A DNA stretch of 64,000 bases from Octopus bimaculoides. Lineage: Eukaryota. A model generated the notes under the pieces. It saw only the letters and a program-made list of their open reading frames with translations. It had not been told where the DNA came from and did no database searches. The position numbers were made by a program, and so were the translations under genes. Shown one piece after another: positions 37,091-51,419 of this stretch. Numbering within the stretch: position 1 is the first letter of the stretch; each line of letters opens with the position of its first letter. The stretch lies in NCBI RefSeq assembly GCF_001194135.2, contig NC_068984.1, positions 118,454,465-118,518,464 on the forward strand, given 5' to 3'.

Positions 37091-38555
37091 GCCAGTGTAC
37101 CTAATGATGCAGTGTTCTCAGTATTGTTTTGTGGTTGTGAGACAAGACAGTATTTATGTATGCTGGAAATACCGAGTGAGCAATATTGAAGTCAGCCATT
37201 TTGTCATTGGAAAGAGAACAATTATGCTGATTGGATTATGAACTCCATATTATTATTGGCCTGATTACCCTGAGGTACCTATTGCAAATTCAGTTTCTGG
37301 TTTGACAGAAATAACCATCTGGATGGTCAAGCCAATGACTGTTAAATTTCATCATCTGTGACCTCATGCTGCTTCTTGTAGTATGTTTTTATAGCCGTTT
37401 GTATTGTTGCTTTCATTTTCTCTTTCATTCTCATGCTTCTTTCTCTTTCATGTTTTGAAATAATGCGATGGTAACTTCATACGGAAAGGAAAATTGTTTA
37501 ATCAACAATACACTATCAAATGCTTTTATTTATATATGCTTTTGTAAAATGTCCTGTTCAACATACAAATCAATCCAAGTCAGAATTATTAGTATATGCA
37601 CTTTTGAAAAATGGAATTTTAAAAATTCTATTGTGTGCAAACTGCATTGTTTTTACAACATTCCAGAGAAGAATCTTTCCTTTCTTTTTTAATGAAAACT
37701 GAGAGGCTTTCTAATGCTTGTAAATTAGTAGGGAATGTTCTACTGGAAAAGAGTCTAGTTTTTTTAATATTATTTCATGGTTAAAATGTTTTAGGATTAA
37801 AATAGTTATTCTTGAAAGAACAGTCTATTTGATGATCTTTTAGTAATACTGCCCAAGATTAAATTATTGGAGCAATGTTGAAAGTAAATAGTATTTAGGA
37901 ATTAGTATTGATTTTTGGAAGTTTTTATATATATAAAAAGTGATGTTGTTTTTACAATATTATCTTATTTACGTAAAACATAGTTATTTACAGGTGGAGC
38001 GAAAAACCTATAATTTTCGGAAATGGAAAAAACTTAAAAGAAAACTTTAAAAGGGTGATAATTTTGAATTGTCTGCGAATTTTTTTTTCATGAAGTACTA
38101 AGATGTATGAAGCATTCAGAAACATTTTCTTTCCTTTGACGTGTTATTGACTATAAAAGAGTCATTTCTCTTTTGAACTTGCCAAACACACTTGGTGCTT
38201 TTTATTCTCTCCTCGTTAGCAGTAACATTTTACTTTTCAAGCAATATACTGAACATTTGTCATGATTCTTCAAACTCAGAAATACGTCTATCTGTTTTAT
38301 ATGCTTCTGTAACAAGTAAAGCTATAAATTTATCATTAAACTGCACCGCCTTCACTTTGTCATTTTGATCTTCCAGTTAGTGATTTTAAAATATCTATGG
38401 TTATTGACCTCACTTGTCAAATTAACCTTCAACACTTAAAAATACTTTATTAACTACTTTAACTTCACTCTTCACTGTCATATTCTGACCTTTCCACTTG
38501 AAGATAGTATGTTAGTTTATGAGCACAGCTCTTTCCCTCATATTGTGCATATATT

Positions 38556-38949
38556 CTTTTACTCTTTTACTTGTTTCAGTCATTTGACTGTGGTCATGCT
38601 GGAGCACCACCTTTAGTCGAGCAAATCGAGCCCAGGACTTATTCTTTGTAAGCCTAATACTTATTCTATCGGTCTATTTTGCCGAACCGCTAAGTTACGG
38701 GGATGTAAGCACACCAGCATCGGTTGTCAAGCGATATTGGGGGGACAAATACAGACACAAACACACACACATATATATACATATATATTCAACAGGCTTC
38801 TTTCAGTTTTTGTCTACCAAATCCACTCACAAGGCTTTGGTCGGCCCAAGGCTATAGTAGAAGACACTTGCCCAAGGTACCACACAGTGGGACTGAACTC
38901 AGAGCCATGTGGTTGGTAAGCAAGCTACTTACCACACAGCCACTCCTAC
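38556..38949 (-). mobile_element. CORE-like SINE (head R, tail A), full length, antisense to the gene
   Basis: Reverse complement of the 15709 element. Confidence 0.85.
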
Positions 38950-38950
38950 A

Positions 38951-38990
<40 letters not shown>

Positions 38991-39386
38991 TTATATGTAT
39001 ATCTTGTTTCAGTCACTAGACTGTGGTCATGCTGAGGCTTGGCTTCGAAGAATTTCTTTTAGTTGAATGTAGCAATGCCAGTACTAATTATTTTTTTAAA
39101 GTCTGGCACTTATTCTATTGTTATCTTTTTTTTGAACTGCTAAGTTACAGGGATGTAAACCCACTGACACCAGTTGTCAAGTAGTGGTGGAGGGGAGAAA
39201 TACAGACACAAGGACAAACAAACACACACACATGTCGTTGAATGCTCAAAATGAGGAGTAGATAGATGGCCAACAACTGATGAAGGGTCCTTTCTCTGTG
39301 TTTACTTGTCCTGTTTTCCATTTTTTCTCTCATTGTTTATGCATTTCATGTTGTTTGTACAGTTGGTGACGTCCTGTACCCATATA

Positions 39387-39438
<52 letters not shown>

Positions 39439-40724
39439 TATTATTTATATATATACGACAGGCTTCTTTCAGTTACCACCTACGAAACCCACAGAATCAT
39501 ATGGTTGGGAAGCAAGCTTCTTACCACACACTAACACACACACTAACACACACACACACATGCACAAATCATTGTTTTATGTCCCATGCTGGCAGTATGT
39601 TTACTTTTAGAAACAGGAGAAAGAGTATCATCATCTTCATTATCATCATTTAACGTCTGTTTTCCATGTTGGTATGGGTTGGACAGTTTGAGAGGAGCTG
39701 ACCAGCTGAAGGGATGTTCAGGCTCCATGTTTGTTGTGGCATGGTTTCTATGGCTCGGTGCCCTTCTTAATTCCAACCACTTTACAGAGTGTACTGGATG
39801 CTTTTATGCATCACCAGTAGGGGTGCTTTTTTACATGGCACCAGTACTTACAAGCCCACAAGATTAGGGATGCTCAGCTGGAGAGAGTTGCAAGGGACGA
39901 GGCTCTATGCAAGGGCAACTGCGCTTAAGCATACAAAGTAGTAAGGATCACTATAAAAATGCTCATCTGTTTTTACTGCTATTTTTCCATGCTATCATGG
40001 GTTAGACATGTATTATTGAGGCATTCTTTTACAGGCAAATAGCCTTCTTGTTGCTCTCTCCAAACTGTTTCCCAAATGTCACACACCTTCAAAGGTGGAA
40101 AGCCAAATTTATTGACAGGAAATGACAAGTGTTATCACTTGTAAGGTTGCAACATTTGAAGAGTATGTAAACAAACAAACGTATGTGTGCACACATATAC
40201 AATGATGGGCTTCTTTCAATTTCCGTCTACCAAAGCTATTCACAAGGCTATGGTCTGTCTGAAGCTGTAGTAGAAGATATGTGCTGTAAGTATCATGCAG
40301 TGGGATGAATCCAAAATTGGTATATGGGAAAATGTTTCTTTGGTGCAAAAAAGATTGAGCAATATTTTAAGTGACATTGAAATTAAATGTTCTGTTATAC
40401 ATTTTGATTTTCCTTTTCCTGTTTTTGTTAATGACTGTATTGTTCTGTCTTAGTAAGCTATATATTTTTTTTTCTTCAAACCTGTCCCAGAGATATTCCG
40501 TTTAATATCTATACATATAAACTATGTTTCTGATACTTAGTATTTTTCTTGTGAAATATGACATATGTAATACGAATTTAAGATTTTTCTAATTTTGTTA
40601 TAGCTGAATTGTAATGTAAAAGTTTTTTTGTTTTTTTTGCAATGCACCAAAACCACCACTGTGTTGTAATGAATGTAAACAAATACCTTTCTCTTCTCCA
40701 ATGACAGAAAGAAATAGTTCAACC

Positions 40725-40872
40725 TGACTGGTTTCAAGTCTCATTTGATTTTCATCAGGGAATTTCATGTGATCTACCCACAGAGCTTATAGCTACGTTT
40801 GACTAGTTTCAACTCTCATTTGATTTTCATCAGGGAATACCATATGATCTACCCACTGAACTTGTAACTACA
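40725..40872. repeat. Tandem duplication, 2 x 75 bp
   Basis: TGACT.GTTTCAA.TCTCATTTGATTTTCATCAGGGAAT..CAT.TGATCTACCCAC at 40725 and 40800. Confidence 0.85.
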
Positions 40873-41162
40873 TTAAGTCATTAAATATATTAATTTTGCT
40901 CAATCAGTTCTTGCATAAATTTTGCTTTATCTGGAAGCCATTCAAATTAACGTATGCAATAAACAGCATTCATTCTGTTGTGTAGATACAAGGTAAACAT
41001 TTTGGCAATGGATATCTCACTGTGTTATAACAAATGTAAACAAATGTCTTTTTTTCTTCTTTCATGGGTAGAAAAAGGTTCTACCTGATCAGTTTCAAAC
41101 CTTATTTGATTCTCTTAAGGCATAGTCTGCTCACAAAAAGAAATATAGCTAATAGCTTTATA

Positions 41163-41833
41163 CAAAGTATTATCAGAAAGTTTCCTTATTGTACTTGGTG
41201 TGATCATTCTCTTTCATAGAAATAGAAATATATTATCTTGATATCTGTTTTGAACCTTGTGAGAAGGCTAACAATGCACATATCAAGACACTGCTACTTT
41301 TGATTGCATGTCAAGTGCTGAAAGACAAACATCACAGCAACATAATGCATGTCTAGGTTTTCTGTGAAAAATCTATTGGCAGAGTCCACAACCAATTTCA
41401 ATTATGTTCAATGACAATCCTCATGTATAAGTTCACTAAATTTCCCCTCATTTACTGTGGTTTTGCTTGCAACTGGTTGCTCTCAATGCTTATCATCTTG
41501 AATTGAAGCTCAGCTGACTTTGAAATGCATGGGCCACTGAAAAACCTGTATCAAACCTAAAGAATATTCACAAAAAACTCTGAGAAGCTTCAAGGGTCTC
41601 AGTAACAGGTTTGCCAAATTTCACACAAAATTTGATGTGGAATGTTGCTTGAATTCATTAGCCTTAATGAAAACCACAATGCTATTCTAACACAATGTTA
41701 CAAAACCTTGTGTAATAACTGAATATGCGTAAACAGCATGAAGCCTATTTGCAGATTGACTCAGTAGGCATTCAGTTTTCATTGAGTTGTACACTCACAG
41801 CATATGCTGTCCAGAAACTTTCTGATAACATTC
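41163..41833 (-). mobile_element. Decayed mariner element, N-terminal half retained
   Basis: Ends share ATCAGAAAGTTTC in inverted orientation, TA-flanked. Minus strand reads IKFCVKFGKPVTETLE and IFTENLDMHYVAVMFV, resembling mariner HTH regions. Confidence 0.7.
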
Positions 41834-42808
41834 TAAATGTTATGAGTTTGCTCAGTTGATTAGTCTACTTGGGATAAATCAATATTCTATGTATATTATT
41901 GTAATAAAGATAAGTAAAATGTTATAATAGGCTCAGGCGTGGCGTGTGGTAAGAAGCTTGCTTCCCAACCACATGGTTTCTGGTTCAGTTCCACTGCGTG
42001 GTGTCTTGGGCACTGATGATGGTGCCACATAAAATGCATCCAGTACACTCTGTAGAGTTGTTGGTGTAAGGAAGGGCGTCCAGCTGTAGAAATGAAGTCA
42101 AAACAGTTAAAGGAACCTGGTGCAGTCCCTGGCCTTGCTGGTAATTGTCAAGCCATCCAACCTATGCTAGCATGGAAAACATGTTAAATGTTGATGATTA
42201 TGATGAAGAGAAAAGGGTTTCTCCCAGAACCTTCTTGTATCCTCTGAGGCTAGTGAGATTGATGCAATTGCTGTCCATTTCCACTATCTTAAAGTTGTCC
42301 ACTACATGAAAAAAGGCATGGGCAGGAAATGAATTCTACAATGTTAACAGTTAATGATCAAGGTTTTATTTTTTTTGTGCGGCGCCTGTGTGTTAGATGG
42401 TGTGTAAAACGAATGGCTGAGAATACACAATTCCATCCAGAGAATTGTTTGGTAGCTAAGGTGAAAAAACAAAAACAAAACAAAACAAAAAAAAACAACA
42501 ACCAAAAACAAAAACATCTCATACACAGAAAGTACAATTAATTTCCATCAAACTTGTAACACAAAAGCAGCCAATAAGAACCCTGTCATCCACAGATTTA
42601 GTGTCAAACGTACAATAGCCTAGTCTTTTCCTGTTTCTCTCTCTCTCTCTCTGTCATTTTCATTAATTTTTTATTTGATTCTGTTTATCTTTTTACTTGG
42701 TTTATTCAAAGTTAGTTTATTAATACATGTTACCAACTAATTGACTCTTTACTGGCCTATGTTAGGAGTTCTTGGTTTCGTTTTACTACATCACATTTAT
42801 TAATATAT

Positions 42809-43167
42809 GGGCATGGCTGTGTAGTTTAAATGTTTGCTTCACAACCATATGATTCCAAGTTCAGTCCTACTTGTGGCACCTTGGGCAAGCGTCTTCTATT
42901 ATAATCTTGGACCAATCAAAACTTTGTGGGTGGATTTGGTGAATGAAAACTGAAAGAAGCCTGTGTGTATGTGTGTGTGTGTCTCCTTGTCTTGATATTG
43001 TGTGATAGTTGTAAATGACAAGGAGTGTCATTCATTTCCAATATCCTATTCTTTGGAATAAGTGAGGGTTGGTGACGAGATGGGCATCCAGCCATAGAAA
43101 ATATGCCTCAAATAAACTCGGACCAATCTATGCAAGCATGAAATAGTGGACGTTAAATGATGATGAT
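42809..43167 (+). mobile_element. CORE-like SINE (head R, tail B)
   Basis: Head R, (TG)n hinge, then …GAGGGTTGGTGAC…GGGCATCCAGCCATAGAAAAT…GCAAGCATG…GGACGTTAAATGATGATGAT. Similar copies at about 31340-31690, 43471-43890, 55895-56290 and 58205-58640. Confidence 0.75.
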
Positions 43168-43609
43168 AAAACTGGTAAAAACAAGAAGTTCAACTTCAAT
43201 GACATGGTAATTGTTTGACAGAATCAGTAGTGCATCAGGCAAAATACCTTGTGGTATTTGGTTACATCCTTTTACATTAAGTTCAGACCCCACCCAGAAT
43301 TTTTAATTTTCTTCAAGGCTGATAAAATTAGTACCAGAAGTCAATGTAATTGATTATACCTTAGAAGTTGGTGCTCTAGCATGGCCACAGTCCAATGACT
43401 AAAAGTAGTAAAAGAAGAAAAGTTTAATGCTAGTATTTACTTTCTATATAAGTTGATTATCATCAATGTTTGGCTGTTTGGTTAAGCTTGCTTCCAACTA
43501 CATGGTTCTGAGTTCAGTTCCACTGCATGGCACCTTGGGCAAGTGTGTTCTACTACAGTGTCAAAGTAACCAAAGCCTTGTGGGTAGATTTTGTAGATGG
43601 AAACTGAAA

Positions 43610-43643
<34 letters not shown>

Positions 43644-44004
43644 TTGTATGTGTGTGTGTGTGTGTGAATTTGTATGTAACCTTATCTTGACAGCATGTAA
43701 TGGTTGTGAACAAGCATTACCATCATACAAGCCATGTTGTTTGCTTCCGTTCATGGAGAAATATTACCTTGCTCAGAAACGAGAGGGTTGGCGGTGACTA
43801 GAAGGGCATCTGGCCATAGAAGATCTACCTCAGCGAATTTCATCTGACACATGGAAATGTCGAAAAGTGGAAATTAAAATGTTGATGATGCTTTTATTGA
43901 CATATGTTTTTTCTTTTGTGATTATTTGGCTGTTGAATGTTCAGTTTGATTTTAACGATTGCTTTCTAGAATGAAACGACTACACTTACCAAGTTAAACT
44001 ACCA

Positions 44005-44227
44005 TTATACCTTTCCATACCAATCCACCTGGGGCTACCCGTGATTCCATTGTACAAATTTCCTGTTTTAAAGTCATCAAAATTAAAACCTGCCATCAAA
44101 ATTTTTTATGTTAATATATGTTCAAGACTTCAGCTTAACAAGAACAAAGTTGTTTTGATAAATTATTTTCAAAATTAACTGCAACAAACAGTGTGTTTCA
44201 ACAAAACTATCGTAACAAAAGGGTTAA
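44005..44227. mobile_element. Diverged piggyBac-type family B-like MITE
   Basis: Right end CGTAACAAAAGGG TTAA; left end degenerate. Confidence 0.5.
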
Positions 44228-46982
44228 AGACGCTGTTATACTATTAGTCAGACAAGTACATCCTGTTTCTTTTCTTTTTTTTTTTTTATTTTGTGAAGCT
44301 TATTTGAGTGTCAGTTATCTCTCTCATTTCCTTCATGAGCTATCATCATCTCTTTTTGTAAGAAGTAACTGTTCTTGGATTAACAAAATGGAATGATGAA
44401 CTTCATATTATGTAGGCTGTGCAACCAATTGGTATGCCAGAAAATATTGCTGAATTTAGAAGCTAGGTCATCAGTAAAACCAAAACAGTGTTTCTCCAAT
44501 TTGCGAACAATTTGGTGGAATGTTGCAATAATTCACTAGAAATAGAAAATAAGTTCTATTGTCTAGATGACCTAAAAAAGCACTGAAGTATAATTTAGGA
44601 GTCCAACTTTTGTTGTCCATAAAAATGATTATTTCTCTCCTAACATCTGTACATCTTGGTCTGCAATATAGCATCTTTCCAACTTATTCTTATTCTTTAC
44701 AAATGCCTTTGTCCAATCAATTTAATTGTAAAACAATCTCCAAAGACAAAGTACTTTTCATTGGCTTCCTTTTACTTCAACAGCCATTAACAACTTCAGC
44801 TACCATTAGCAACATTTGGTCATACAAGTATAATCCATTCTCATCATACCAGAATTGAAATTTGGACCTACATTGATATGGTTTCTACACCACTGGATGT
44901 TTTATTTTGGATAGTGAATGGTGTAAGAGAATGTACACACTCCTGACTGCATTGAAGCTGAATGAGAGCCAACCTGGTAGAAATAGTGACCCCTACTTCC
45001 TCTTCTCTGTTGTCAAACCTGTATATTTTTGTGAGGAATTAATAACCCTTAAATAATTTCATTCTTAGTTCATGCTGCCATTCAATTACTGCATTCCATG
45101 TCATTGTTGGATCTCTTTTACTTCAGCTATTTATCAATAACATTCATCACTCAAGCATCATCCATTTTAATCATATGTCATAATGCCTCAGTCATTCTAC
45201 GCTTGGGACACTCGGTATCTTTCTTGTTCTATCCTCACTAATTCTATCTTTCATATTTATCAACTAACTTTCAACAAATCATGCCAAATTAATTTCTCTG
45301 TTGTTGCTAGAAGATAGTTTAAACTTAACTGTTATACAACATTACTCTTCAGATATAGCTCATCATGTAGCCTAACTTATATAAATTGATCAACCTATGT
45401 CAGCACAAGAAAAGAGGACATAAAAACAACATGAATGATGATGATATGTTGAGAGTATTCTCATTAAAGTTTGTATACCTATTGCATATTATGGAAGCCT
45501 CCTCATGCTCACCAAGTCAATGAGGGAAAATGAGGGCTATATAGCCTTGTTAATCTTTTTGGAAATAGCAGTCATGTATCCTTACCTGAAAGAATACAGA
45601 ATTTGTCACAGATTGAAAGCTTTTGATCATAGTCCTACTCAATCAGAGCTTATCCCTGGCTAAATAACAACCACAGTATCTATTTGTCTTGCTACAGCCT
45701 ATGCAATATTCTGTTGTTGTCAGTGTTGCAAATGGATCCTTTAATAAAAATTTCTCACCTAATATATTAATCTAGACATTATTTCTGGCACCACCATATG
45801 CAATTGTAATATCTTAAATGAGGCACTCACCCAAAGCAAGTTTTATAATTAGTCATATAATCACTGCATGTTGATTAAATTAATTATGTTCTATTTTGAT
45901 TAGGTCAACAAACTATCAATATACTCAGCTATTTTTAGGCAATTAATTTCCATGAAATTATCTTACCAGCAATATGGCATCTATGGTTCCCTCTTTGCAT
46001 TGCTTAAAATTCAAACTATGCTGTGAATATCTTCAAAGGCCAATGATTATAATCCATTTCCAGAGGGAAACTTTGTTAAATAAATTCTTGCTTTCTCCCC
46101 CACCCCCCTCTCTCTCTCTCACATGTGCACACTGTATTACAATGTTGGAGTTGTATAGGTCGAACAACTGAAGGATTCTAATTTTGACCAAATTAGGTCT
46201 TTAACTTTGGTGTAGTCAAAACTATAAACAATCTCAGAAAATTTATATGCCAGTCAGTATTTGTAATAAATCTTCTTGTAGACGGCATTATGATTAATGT
46301 TTGAGAGCAATTATTTAATCCACTATAGAACATACAAATTAATTCTATATAAGAACATATATTTAGCTTTGCTGTATGCTAATTAAGGAATCATAATCTC
46401 TGGGGATATTATACAAATCTGACTATTGAAGGCTCATAGTTATTCCTTTTTTTTTTTTTTTACGTACTTAAATGTCATTTAGTTTCCATATAGTTTCTGC
46501 ATCACTGGATGTCTTATTCTGGATGTTGACTGGTGTATACACAGTGTGCTACAACAGACATACTTTTGACTCCACTGAAGCTGAATGAGACCTAACTAGG
46601 TTGAAATAGACATCGTTCATTTGTCAGATCTGTATGTTCTTTCAAGGGGCTATAATGCCAATATTATTTTAGCACAAAGCTAAATATATTCCTGTTAGCA
46701 TTTTTACCCTGTTACTTGAGAATCCTGCCATTTTCTCAATATTGTTCTTCTACTTTTGACTTCTGATCTCACTAATATGATTGGCCCTTAAGTTAAATTA
46801 AAGTTATTGTCTCTTTATAGTTGTTTGTGCAGTTTTATATTTCAGCACTTACACACTTATTGCATCTATATAATTAATGATAGACATTCCAGATGATTGA
46901 TATTCATTGATAGTCTATATTGCTTTCACAAAATCTTACCTCATTAGGAAATGCTTCAAACTTTCTTTTTCTTCTTACATCC

Positions 46983-47014
<32 letters not shown>

Positions 47015-47082
47015 ATATATGTATGTATGTATAGAGAGAGAGAGAGTCCCTCTTAGCGTAAGGCATTCATGTATAGTAATGC

Positions 47083-47127
<45 letters not shown>

Positions 47128-47607
47128 CACACACACACACACATGTACTTAGTTTCTATTCTCTGGTATATCTCCCACATTTTGTTCCCTTTTTTGAACA
47201 TAGAACTTGTTCATTTTTGGCATGCTACACCTTGTCTGGGGAGACTTCAACTTTATGTGCATGTCTGAAAATTCATTTTTTCTTTTTCTTTTCTCTTTGC
47301 AAATGTTATAAATAAGCACAAATGATGTTACATGCAAAAAAAAGTTGTATTTTTTTGTTTATCCTTTTCCTTGTTTCACTTATTGGACTGCAGTCTTGTT
47401 GGGGCACCATTTTGAAGGGTTTAGTTAAACAAATTGACCTTAGTACATATTATTATTATCATCATTATTATTATTATTAGTTTTTTTTTTTTGAGGCTTG
47501 GTACATATTCTATCCATGTTTTTTGATGAATTGCTAAGTTAAAGGGATGTAAACAAGCACCAGATATCAAATGGTGGTGGAGATCANNNNNNNNNNNNNN
47601 NNNNNNN

Positions 47608-47657
<50 letters not shown>

Positions 47658-50230
47658 CTCTCACACACACATGCATATGATGGGCTTGTTTCAGTTTCCA
47701 TCTATCAAATCTACTCACAAGGCTTTGGTTGGTCTAAGACTATAGTAGAAGATTCGCCATGATAGATCGCTGACCACTACACACATCTTTTTCCTCTCCT
47801 TGTTTCTTTCTGTGTTCCTTTCTGTTGAAGAGCGTAGGCTCAAAACGTTAAAGACTTTCTCTATTCCCGAGTGTATACCAATACATCCATTTGTTGTCTA
47901 CACCACCTGTCTTCATCTGTTGTTTTTTCATGAATTCTCCCTATAGTAGAAGATACTTGTTCAGGGTGTCATGCAGTAGGATTGATCCCCATGACAACAT
48001 GGCTGGGAAGCAAGCTTCTTAACCACACAGTCACACCTGTGCCTTTTTAGAATTAATTTCATGTATATAGCGGTAAAACTATTCAGACATTAAAACACAA
48101 ATGACAACTCGCTCTATTCTCATTGGAATATGCATCCATTGATTTCAGTATCTGAAGACATCTTATTTTAGTGTATTATAAGATATATTTATTTGTCTTT
48201 CATCAACAAGTCCACTTTGCTGCATATAACAACACTATCTATACAAGTCTTTTTAGTTATTCACCTATAGTAATTGCTTAACTCTTCACTTAAAATAAAC
48301 AATTTAAAAGTTTGTAAATGCTTTTGTAGATTGAAGATTTTGTACATTTTAGACACTCCCCTAAATTGTTTTACACTTGATTTACCTAAATGTTTAATAC
48401 CATACAGTAAAACAAGGATGTTATCTCTGTTATTAAACCAAGCAAGAAAAGGTAAATTGACAACACATGTTTCAGCAGAAGTTTAATCTATTTCTTCAAA
48501 TCTTTATTCTACAGTTGCATAGTAATTTAGACATTAAATTTGCTTTTAAATACTTCATTTTTTTATTCCTTTGCTTAACATTCTTCAGTTGAAATTACTT
48601 CCACAGATACTGACAGCTATACTTTTGGATTTAGTTGCCTGACAAGAGAAAGAAAAAGAAGTGTACATGGAAAACACAGACAAAAACATAGAATACAAAC
48701 AAAAACAAAAAGAAAACTAAAAAAAACCTTTCCATCTTTAAATTGAAACTACATTTTTATAATATGAACAAGTTTTAAAATTTATTATTTTTAAAAAAAA
48801 TTAACGACTTTTCAATCCTCTACCTGATTGGAATGCAATTTGGTTTCTAGATATCAGTCAACAAAAGTTGCATAATATGCACCTGCAGCACATGTGTAAT
48901 TAAAAGAAGGCATCAAGAAATTTAGAATTATAAGCAGTATTGGTTATCTTATTTGTTACTTGTTTCAGTCATTGGATTGCAACCATTGGGCACTGTCTTG
49001 AAGTGTTTAGATGAACAAATTGAATCCTCTATTTATTTTAAGTCTGGTATGTATTCTGTTGGTCTCTTTTGCTGAACCGTTAAGTTATGGGAATGTAAAT
49101 AAGCTAACAGTGATTGTCAAGCATTGGTGGGGGACAAACACACATGCACACACCACACATGATGGGCTTCCACATAGTTTCCACTTACCAAATTTACTCA
49201 CAACACATTGGTTGGTCTGGGGCTGTAGTAGAAGGCACTTGCTCAAGATGCCTACTATGCAATGGGAGTGAACCCAGAACCATGTGGTTGCAAAGTGGAC
49301 ATTTTAACCACACAACCATTCCTGCTGAATTAATGCTAGAAAGTTATTCTTGATAGGTTTTCTAACTTTAATTTTCAAATATTCTTCTCGAATTTTATCT
49401 CTCCCACCCATGTTTATCCACTAGTAGGCCCTCTTACCCTTATTTGGTATTCCACCTACTTCTGGCACCACCACCACTTGACAACTAGTGTTGGTATGTT
49501 TACGTCCCCATAAGTTAACGGTTCAGTAAAAGAGACCAATAGAATAAGTATCAGGCTTATAAAAAATAAATACTGGGGTCGATTCGTTTGACTAAAATTC
49601 TTCAAGGTGGTGCCCCAGCATGACCACAGTCTAATGACTGAAACAAGTACAAGATAAAAGATACTACTTATTTCAAAGAAAAAAAAAAAAAAAGAACTGA
49701 TATTCTCTTTGTCTTTTGTTTCTTTGGATTGTCTGACATAAATTTCCAAGTTACATGTTTAGTATTTAATCATTTCCAGTTAGCTCTTTTGGAAGATTCA
49801 AATTCTCAACGTACCTAGAACTTGTGTTGAAAATATTTCTTGTTTGACTCATCGAGTCATTAAGAATGTAAAAATTTTTTTATAGTGTTCCTAATTAATG
49901 TCACTATAGATTAACTTTTTTTTTCTTCTTTTTTTGTTATTTTATGACTAATTTAACATATCAATTTCTGAAATAATCTTTCAACAGCATTTACAATTTA
50001 AAGTTGTCAACCCAATGCAAAGAAATGTTGATAAATCACATGTTGATAAAATGCTCCTATAGAACAAACAACTCCTATTAGGTTTTAAATAAAATGCAAC
50101 AGTGTGGCTTTTTATACAAATCATCATTGCTCTTAGAAATAGTGTACAGTAGTTAACTAGGCATTAAGATTATCATCTTAATTTTAAAATTTTATGTATC
50201 AAAAAAGAAAAAAATTTTTAATTGTTGATT

Positions 50231-50520
50231 TATCAAATTACAATATTTCTAAGCATTGGTCAACAGAAATTGTATTGTAGCTCACATCTGAAAGTGTTTA
50301 ATTAAAAGCAAAACTTTTTTGAAAGGCATGCTTCTCACATCATGAGTCATCATTATCCTCATTATCATGAAGAGATATCAAAATTACAGTATTTTTAAGC
50401 ATCGGTCAACGGAAATTGTATTGTAGCTCACATTTGACAGTATTTAATTAAAAATAAAACCTATTTGGAAGGCATTGCTTTTCACATTATAATTCTTTAT
50501 CATCATCATGATTATCATTC
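50231..50520. repeat. Tandem duplication, 2 x about 145 bp
   Basis: AAGCAT.GGTCAAC.GAAATTGTATTGTAGCTCACAT.TGA.AGT.TTTAATTAAAA repeated. Confidence 0.8.
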
Positions 50521-51031
50521 AATATCTGTCTTCCATGCTTGCATAGGTTGGACGGTTCAACAGCATCTAATGAGTTGGAGGACTGCCTCAAACTCTATTG
50601 TCTTCTTTGCCATGGATTCCCCAATTGGATGCCCTTCTTAATGCCAACCACTTTACAGACTGTACTAGGTGCTTTTTTCATGGCAATAGCACTAATGGAA
50701 TTATCATGTAGCTCACAAGATTAATGATCCCCTTTGGCTGAGTGGGAGTTTAGCAAAGTAGCCTTATGCTATGTGTTGAGAGGTCAAAGTATGATTGAGG
50801 AACAAGGACTTTTTTTTTTCTGTAGAGGAGATACATGGCTACCTCACATCATATTGGAGTGGAGCTAGAAAGGGACATATATAGTTAATTAGTGAAAAGC
50901 AAAAGAAAAAAAAAATTATTCAGTGTAGGAAACAGAACAATACATACAAAAATATTGTTTCTCATTTTATTTGGGAGGCTTGTTCAGATATCTTTCACAG
51001 GCATTGTAATCTCTCCTTTAATAAATTTTAA

Positions 51032-51397
51032 ACAAATGGTTCCGGCTTCAGTCCCAATGCGTGGCACCTTGGGCAAGTGTCTTCTACTATAGCCTCGGGC
51101 TAACCAAAGCCTTGTGAGTGGATTTGGTAGATGGAAACTGAAAGAAGCCCGTCATGTATATATATATGTATGTGTGTGTATATGTTTGTGTGTCTGTGTT
51201 TGTCCCCCTAACATTGCTTGACAACCGATGCTGGTGTGTTTACGTCCCCGTAACTTAGCAGTTCGGCAAAAGAGACTGATAGAATAAGTAGTGGGCTTAC
51301 AAAGAATAAGTCCTGGGATCGATTTGCTTGTCTAAAGGCAGTGCTCCAGCATGGCCACAGTCAAATGACTGAAACAAGTAAAAGAGTAAAAGAGTAA
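51032..51397 (+). mobile_element. CORE-like SINE (head R, tail A), 5' truncated
   Basis: Near-identical to 15709 and 52321; tail (TAAAAGAG)2. Confidence 0.85.
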
Positions 51398-51419
51398 ATT
51401 AGAAAGTATGGCCAGTGAC

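Noticed and set aside
45540-45700. KAFD-like motif suggesting another RT remnant
   Set aside because: No neighbouring RT motifs could be read convincingly.
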